Below, in pieces: positions 59,085-64,000 of a stretch of DNA of 64,000 nt. The DNA lies in assembly GCA_002269645.1 (NCBI GenBank), contig NIVC01000222.1:310001-374000 (forward strand), in the 5' to 3' direction. Position numbers and translations under genes: made by a program. This DNA comes from Macrostomum lignano (lineage: Eukaryota). The notes beneath the pieces are model-generated. The model was not told the DNA's origin. It saw only the letters and a program-made list of their open reading frames with translations, and did not search any database. Position 1 is the stretch's first letter; the number at the start of each line of letters is the position of its first letter.

Positions 59085-62000
59085 ATGTCCTGCAACCAGG
59101 AGGCTTTCGTCATGCCCCAGGGCGAGAGCACTTTTGCCAAACGGGTGCGTTCAGAGATGTCCGACCCAGCCAAAGTGGAAGCGTTCGCCGCCTTGAAGCA
59201 GAATCTTCGCGACGTTTGGGTAGACGATTTTAATGACGACATCTATCTGTACAGATTTTTCAAGGCCAGACAGTTCGACCGCGTCCGGACTGAAGAAATG
59301 GTACGAAATCATTTGCGTTGGAGGAAAGAATACAAGGCTGATGACCTGCTGGCTAATGGAGGCTTCCAGGTAAGATTGAGATCCTAGAGGAACATGTGCA
59401 ATTTTATTATAGACCTGGAGGGTGTGACGTTTGCTTGGGGTGTGTCCATGCCTGATGTCCGGGTCGTTATGTCTCGCCTTTTGTCACCGTGAGGCGTGGC
59501 ACTCCAATCTGAGGGCTGCAATTCTTGGGCCCTGCTGTCGCCGTAAGGCATGGAAGCCACACAAGCTGCAACCCGGAGAGAAGTTCACTTGGATGTTGTT
59601 TAAGGATGTGCACCTGGGGGAGCTTTGTTTAAGCTGTGAGCTACGTACATGTAGCGGAAGGTACTGGACGAGACTTTTCGTCAATGTAAAATTTTCGAGC
59701 TTTTGCGAAAGAGTCTTAATTGCTCCCACCGTACATCCGGTAAGCGTGTACCAATGTTTGTCCGTGGGCATGGGCATTATTTCCCCCCAACGACCAATTA
59801 ACCACTAGAAGGTCTTAATATTTAAAGAAACGCCCATCGATTAACCGCTCAGGAGGCCGAGGTGATCACCCGCTACTATGCCGGCGGCTTCTGCGGCGTG
59901 GACAAGGAGGGCCATCCAGTTTGGTACGAGCCGTCTGGCCTCATCGATCCGCAGGGCCTGGCCAGGTCAGTGACCAGAGAGCATCTGTTGCGCAGTCGGA
60001 TTTACATCACCGAACGATTCGTGCGTCAAATTCTGCCAGAGATGCGTCGGAAGACCGGTCTGCCGCTCTACTCTTGCACTTTTGTGATTGACCTGACCAA
60101 CTACGGCCGGCGGCACCTGTGGGGCCCCGGCCTGGAATTCTATGCCGAGTTCGTGCAAATCTGCGAGCAGAACTATCCGGAAACAATCGGCACTGCGTAC
60201 ATTGTCAATGCGCCGGCGATTTTTCCAATCGTCTTCAATCTGCTCAAACCGCTGCTACACGTCGAGACGCAGAAGAAGATCAAAGTGCTCGGAAGGAATT
60301 ATAAACAGGTAAAATAGTTATAACATCTAATTTGTATTTAATTCTATGAACAGTACAAGGTGTAAGCAAATATATCCAGACTGTGAAGGGAACAGGGTAT
60401 ATTATTAGAAAGTTAGTCAATAAAAATATTCGTAACTTCGTTGCTTTTTCAGCCCTGGGTGTTGATACGGAGATTATCCAGAAGTTTAGTTCAAACTCTG
60501 TAGCTAAGATTTTAGGTGAGGCCATTAAAATTTATTCAAACTTAGTAAACTGAATGGTACACGTCACATAAAGTTGTGGTTTCGATTCAAAACTTGACCG
60601 GGACTTGGATAATTCTCGTCGACAGAGTACAGTGCGCTATGTGTTCAGTGTCTGACAAAGAGAAAGTCAGTGAAAATGAGAAACCTGTGTTACGTGTTAA
60701 CTGTGTAAATTTGCAGATCCTTCTCAATGCAATCGACGCTGATGAGCTGCCAAAAATTTTCGGCGGCAATCGCACTGACCCTGACGGAGATCCGCACTGT
60801 CGCTCAATGATCTGCTGGGGCGGCGACGTGCCCAAGCATTACTACTTGAAGCCGAATTATCCGGAACGACTGGTGTCGCAGAGCATCGGACGAAGATCTA
60901 CGCACCGCGTTGAACTGAGTGTGCCACCGGCTCCCCAAGCGGGCCAGTGGTGCATCGAATGGGACTTTCTCACCGACGATGGAGATTTGGGATTCGAGAT
61001 TGTCAGCACTGACGATTCTGAGGTGAGAATGCATTACTATTACCATTAAGTGCTTAGAATTTGGGTCGTCTGGTGTGACCAAAGCGTCTTTAAGATAAAA
61101 TCTGGTGTAAGGGATCCAGAGTGTCATTGTAGTGTCTCACTCAGTATCAAAGATTTAAACATTGGTTTGTTAATTGTAAAACATTGACAAAATAAAGCAT
61201 TGAGGGTGCAAAGCATCAAATCTGTGATGCATCGACGCCGACGGGTGTAAAGCATCGAGGGTGCAAAGCATTGAGGGTGCAAAGCATTGAGGGTGCAAAG
61301 CATTGAGGGTGCAAAGCATTGAGGGTGTAAAGCATCGAGGGTGCAAAGCATCGAGGGTGCAAAGCATCGAGGGTGCATAGCATCGAGGGTGTAACGTATC
61401 GAGGGAGTAACGAATCGAGGGTGCAAAGCATCGAGGGTGTAACGAATGGAGGGTGTATAGCATCGAGGGTGTAACGTATCGAGGGAGTAACGAATCGAGG
61501 GTGCAAAGCATCGAGGGTGTAACGAATGGAGGGTGTAAAGATAGTGGGTTGGACTAATTTATGGCATTGAGGTTTCAAACTATAATATATAACAAGGGAG
61601 TGGAATATCGAGTAAGTGTGTGCAACATCGAGAATATAATACAATATTTTAAGAGAAGCACTAAAGATATGATATATTGGGGTTGCAGTATCGAGCAGGT
61701 TTAGAATGTAGGATCAATTAAGGATTAATTTAGGATCAAATTATCTACATGAAGCTGTGCCGTTAAAGAGAGGCTCACTCTACACACCCTACGCAGAGTG
61801 AGCCACTGGTCGGCTACCGAAGAGTCCACTGCGGCATCTGCCCCTGCTCAGGCGCGGTGGCCTGTCCGCAGTCAGCCGACAGCAGGAAGTACACAGTCTG
61901 CTTCGACAATGCGTTCAGTAGGATTCGCTCGAAACGATTGCGCTACTTTGTGCACGTCACCGACAAGCCAATCGCCGCCCTGATGGACACCGACAGCTGC

Positions 62001-62114
62001 AGGACGGCGGCGGACCTCGCAGCGGGGGCCGATCCCGGCGCCGAAGCCTTCGAACGAAACCTGGAAGAGTTTGAGCGCTCGTCGGAGCAGGACGGCGCTG
62101 TTGGGGGCGATTGA
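59085..62114 (+). CDS. SEC14L: SEC14-like lipid-binding protein (CRAL-TRIO + GOLD), ~454 aa; exons 59085-59369, 59853-60308, 60717-61022, 61797-62114
   Basis: DDIYLYRFFKARQFD, GGFCGVDKEGHPVW, EQNYPETIGTAYIVNAPAIFPIVFNLLKPLL, LPKIFGGNRTDPDGDPHC, EWDFLTDDGDLGF, YTVCFDNAFSRIRSKRLRY; three phase-0 GT-AG introns. Confidence 0.92.
61195..61535 (+). repeat. 16-bp minisatellite (AAGCATTGAGGGTGCA)n in SEC14L intron 3
   Basis: Period of 16 (61261 to 61277). Confidence 0.9.
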
Positions 62115-62949
62115 CGTCCAGATCAGGGCAATTCGTCAGCCGAGCTATTTTTTTCAAACCTTCTGCAATAACTATTTGCCAACATGGAGCAATATGCATG
62201 TATAGCACTTGAAGTCAATTTTAAAGTAGAATGTTTCGGTCGGTCTTGAGCGTATTCGACTCGTTGCTGGTTACGCGTCTTTCTCGTATCATTTCTATTC
62301 AGAAATTATGTCAAAATTAATGACGAAATATCCAAGGCAGGGGCGCGTAGCCATGGATTCCATAAAGTTGGTTTTTGTAATTGAAGTTTCGCGGAAAGTT
62401 TGCTTTTAACAATTAAGAAACACGTAGCAATCATTGGGACTTTAGAAACTGTTTATGGCTTTCTGTGTTGCCTCTCCTATGGGAAGGCCAGGATTTCTAC
62501 TAATTGTCAAGCAAGTTAAAAATAAATTAAAATTTAATACAGTCAAACGATGACTGGGTAAAATTTCTTGAAACACTTCGCTCAAAAATGAGACTTACGT
62601 TTCTACTTTCCAACAAGGCACACAAATGGAGGCTGTACCAACGCACAAACTCAAGTGTATTACTTGTACTGAATCTGAGTACAACTCTGATGTTGTCTGG
62701 CATTGCGAATACGCGACATCTTAAGAGCATAAGTTTTGTATTAATGCAAAAATAACTGCAGTTGAGTGGCAACAATTGGCTACTTGTAAGTAGTTGCATG
62801 CGTTTTGACTTTCTTGACATAAAAATTTCCTCAAAAGCGAGGTTATGGAAAATAAGCATGGGCTGTTGCCAAGGTTTCATCACAGCTCATCAATATCAGG
62901 CAGGGTCACCTGTTGAGTTTACCTTGATGAGAATATCCGTAAGCTTCAC

Positions 62950-64000
62950 TCAGCTGATGCTATTGCCATTCAGCCTGCTCACGGCTGCTTCAATCTGGAG
63001 CACACAGCGCTGCAGACTCTGTGTCAGCGTCATCAGGGACGCGGCTGTAGTGACGATGAGCTTGTCTGACTGCGGGTTGCTCTGGTTCAGGTCGCTGAGC
63101 TGTGGCTGACAAGCCAATTGCTGGTGCAATGTCCAGGAGCTCTGCTGCCAGGCAGTTGGAGACTGTCGTTGAACGGGTTGCCATGGCTGCTGCTGCTGCT
63201 GCTGATGCTGCTGCTGCTGCTGCTGCTGCTGATGCTGCTGATGCTGCTGCTGATGCTGCTGCTGCTGATGCTGCTGCTGCTGATGCTGCTGATGCTGCTG
63301 CTGATGCTGCTGCTGCTGATGCTGCTGCTGCTGCTGCTGCTGATGCTGCTGCTGCTGATGATGATGATGCTGGGTTTCATCTGTCGATGGCGATCTGTCG
63401 CGCCCACGGCAGACGAAAGGCGAGCGCTGCAGCATCTGGTTCAGCGTCTGCACCGACGCGCGCTGCTTGTACAGACGCTGCTGCTGCTGCTGCTGCTGAG
63501 CCGCAGGCGCAACGGGCGGCTCCGCCGAGTCTCCAGACGGAGGCGGCACAGCGGATGGCGCCAGACCTTCGAGACGGCGCTGCGCTCGGTCCAGGGTGAG
63601 CAGCAGCTGAGCGAACCCGGAGCTCTTGCCGGGGTCAAAAGTGCAGCAGGAGCCGCCCTCTCCAGCCTCGGTGTCGCAGTCATCGTTGCCGTTGTCCAGC
63701 ACCTCGAGCGTCGTGGCGCTGCTCGCGCTGCCGCTGGAGTTGCAGCCCAGCTCAGCGGTTCTGGGCGGCTCCGGCGGCAGCTCGACTTTGCCGAATCGCG
63801 GCAGCTCCGAGTCCACCGCGTTCGAGCTGCTCGGTGCCGCCAGCTCCGCCTCAGTCGGTGGAAACGACTCGCAGGCGCTCTCCAGGAGCTTTGACTCGAT
63901 CACGCTGTGAACCTGCAGCGGGTTCTGAGGTCCGCCAGCGCGGCAGCCCATCCAGGCACCGTTGTTTCCGTTGGCACCGACTGCACTGCCAGCCTCATGG
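62950..64000 (-). CDS. 3' exon of an unidentified protein with a long polyQ/H tract and C-terminal coiled coil; frame open to the window edge
   Basis: At least 349 stop-free codons, GC-rich, codon style like neighbouring exons; C-terminal helix DKLIVTTAASLMTLTQSLQRCVLQIEAAVSRL; no family recognised. Confidence 0.6.
   Translation of the reverse strand, partial: HEAGSAVGANGNNGAWMGCRAGGPQNPLQVHSVIESKLLESACESFPPTEAELAAPSSSNAVDSELPRFGKVELPPEPPRTAELGCNSSGSASSATTLEVLDNGNDDCDTEAGEGGSCCTFDPGKSSGFAQLLLTLDRAQRRLEGLAPSAVPPPSGDSAEPPVAPAAQQQQQQQRLYKQRASVQTLNQMLQRSPFVCRGRDRSPSTDETQHHHHQQQQHQQQQQQQHQQQQHQQQHQQHQQQQHQQQQHQQQHQQHQQQQQQQQHQQQQQQPWQPVQRQSPTAWQQSSWTLHQQLACQPQLSDLNQSNPQSDKLIVTTAASLMTLTQSLQRCVLQIEAAVSRLNGNSIS

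Noticed and set aside
59400-59777. Minus-strand ORF in SEC14L intron 1 with KHWYT...VG and FHALRR, reminiscent of a tyrosine-recombinase HxxR motif
   Set aside because: Motifs are short, the spacing to any GH...Y is wrong, and an in-frame stop follows; cannot be supported without an HMM search
63102-63894. Plus-strand polyA and polyL ORFs (165 aa, 258 aa)
   Set aside because: Antisense shadows of the CAG-rich minus-strand exon

Overview
Eukaryotic (metazoan) genomic DNA. GC-rich, Gln/Ala-rich exons sit among dozens of locus-private minisatellites and (GACA)n tracts, a texture that suggests a flatworm such as Macrostomum (inference only). Hand-built gene models with consistent GT-AG phases: PAIP1-like (3 exons, 10457-13611 +), CREB/CREM-type bZIP (15863-16567 +), naked cuticle (last 2 exons, 22261-23562 -), a 2-exon orphan (42907-44433 +), a B-box/coiled-coil/NHL gene (46427-47932 -) with a disabled tandem paralogue, MAP10-like (8 exons, 50010-56318 -), SEC14L-like CRAL-TRIO+GOLD (4 exons, 59085-62114 +) and a 5'-truncated polyQ ORF at the right edge. 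The standout is a complete 3038-bp DNA transposon (4730-7767). It has an intact 679-aa Chapaev-type transposase with a RAG1/Transib-like core, about 180-bp TIRs and a 4-bp AGGA target duplication. Both TIRs begin with the exact V(D)J heptamer CACAGTG, followed 23 bp later by an A-rich nonamer-like motif. It is nested in a Crypton-like tyrosine-recombinase relic, which itself appears to split a 24-bp satellite. Other notable structures: an intron whose minisatellite is a 37-fold in-frame amplification of its own 5' splice site (MAP10 intron 4), a 52-bp array whose junctions spell the ER-stress element CCAAT-N9-CCACG, an intron flanked by an 11-bp direct repeat, and a perfect CRE overlapping the first ATG of the CREB-like ORF. 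Most long ORFs in the supplied track are read-throughs of tandem repeats, not genes. No database searches were run; family calls rest on motif recognition.
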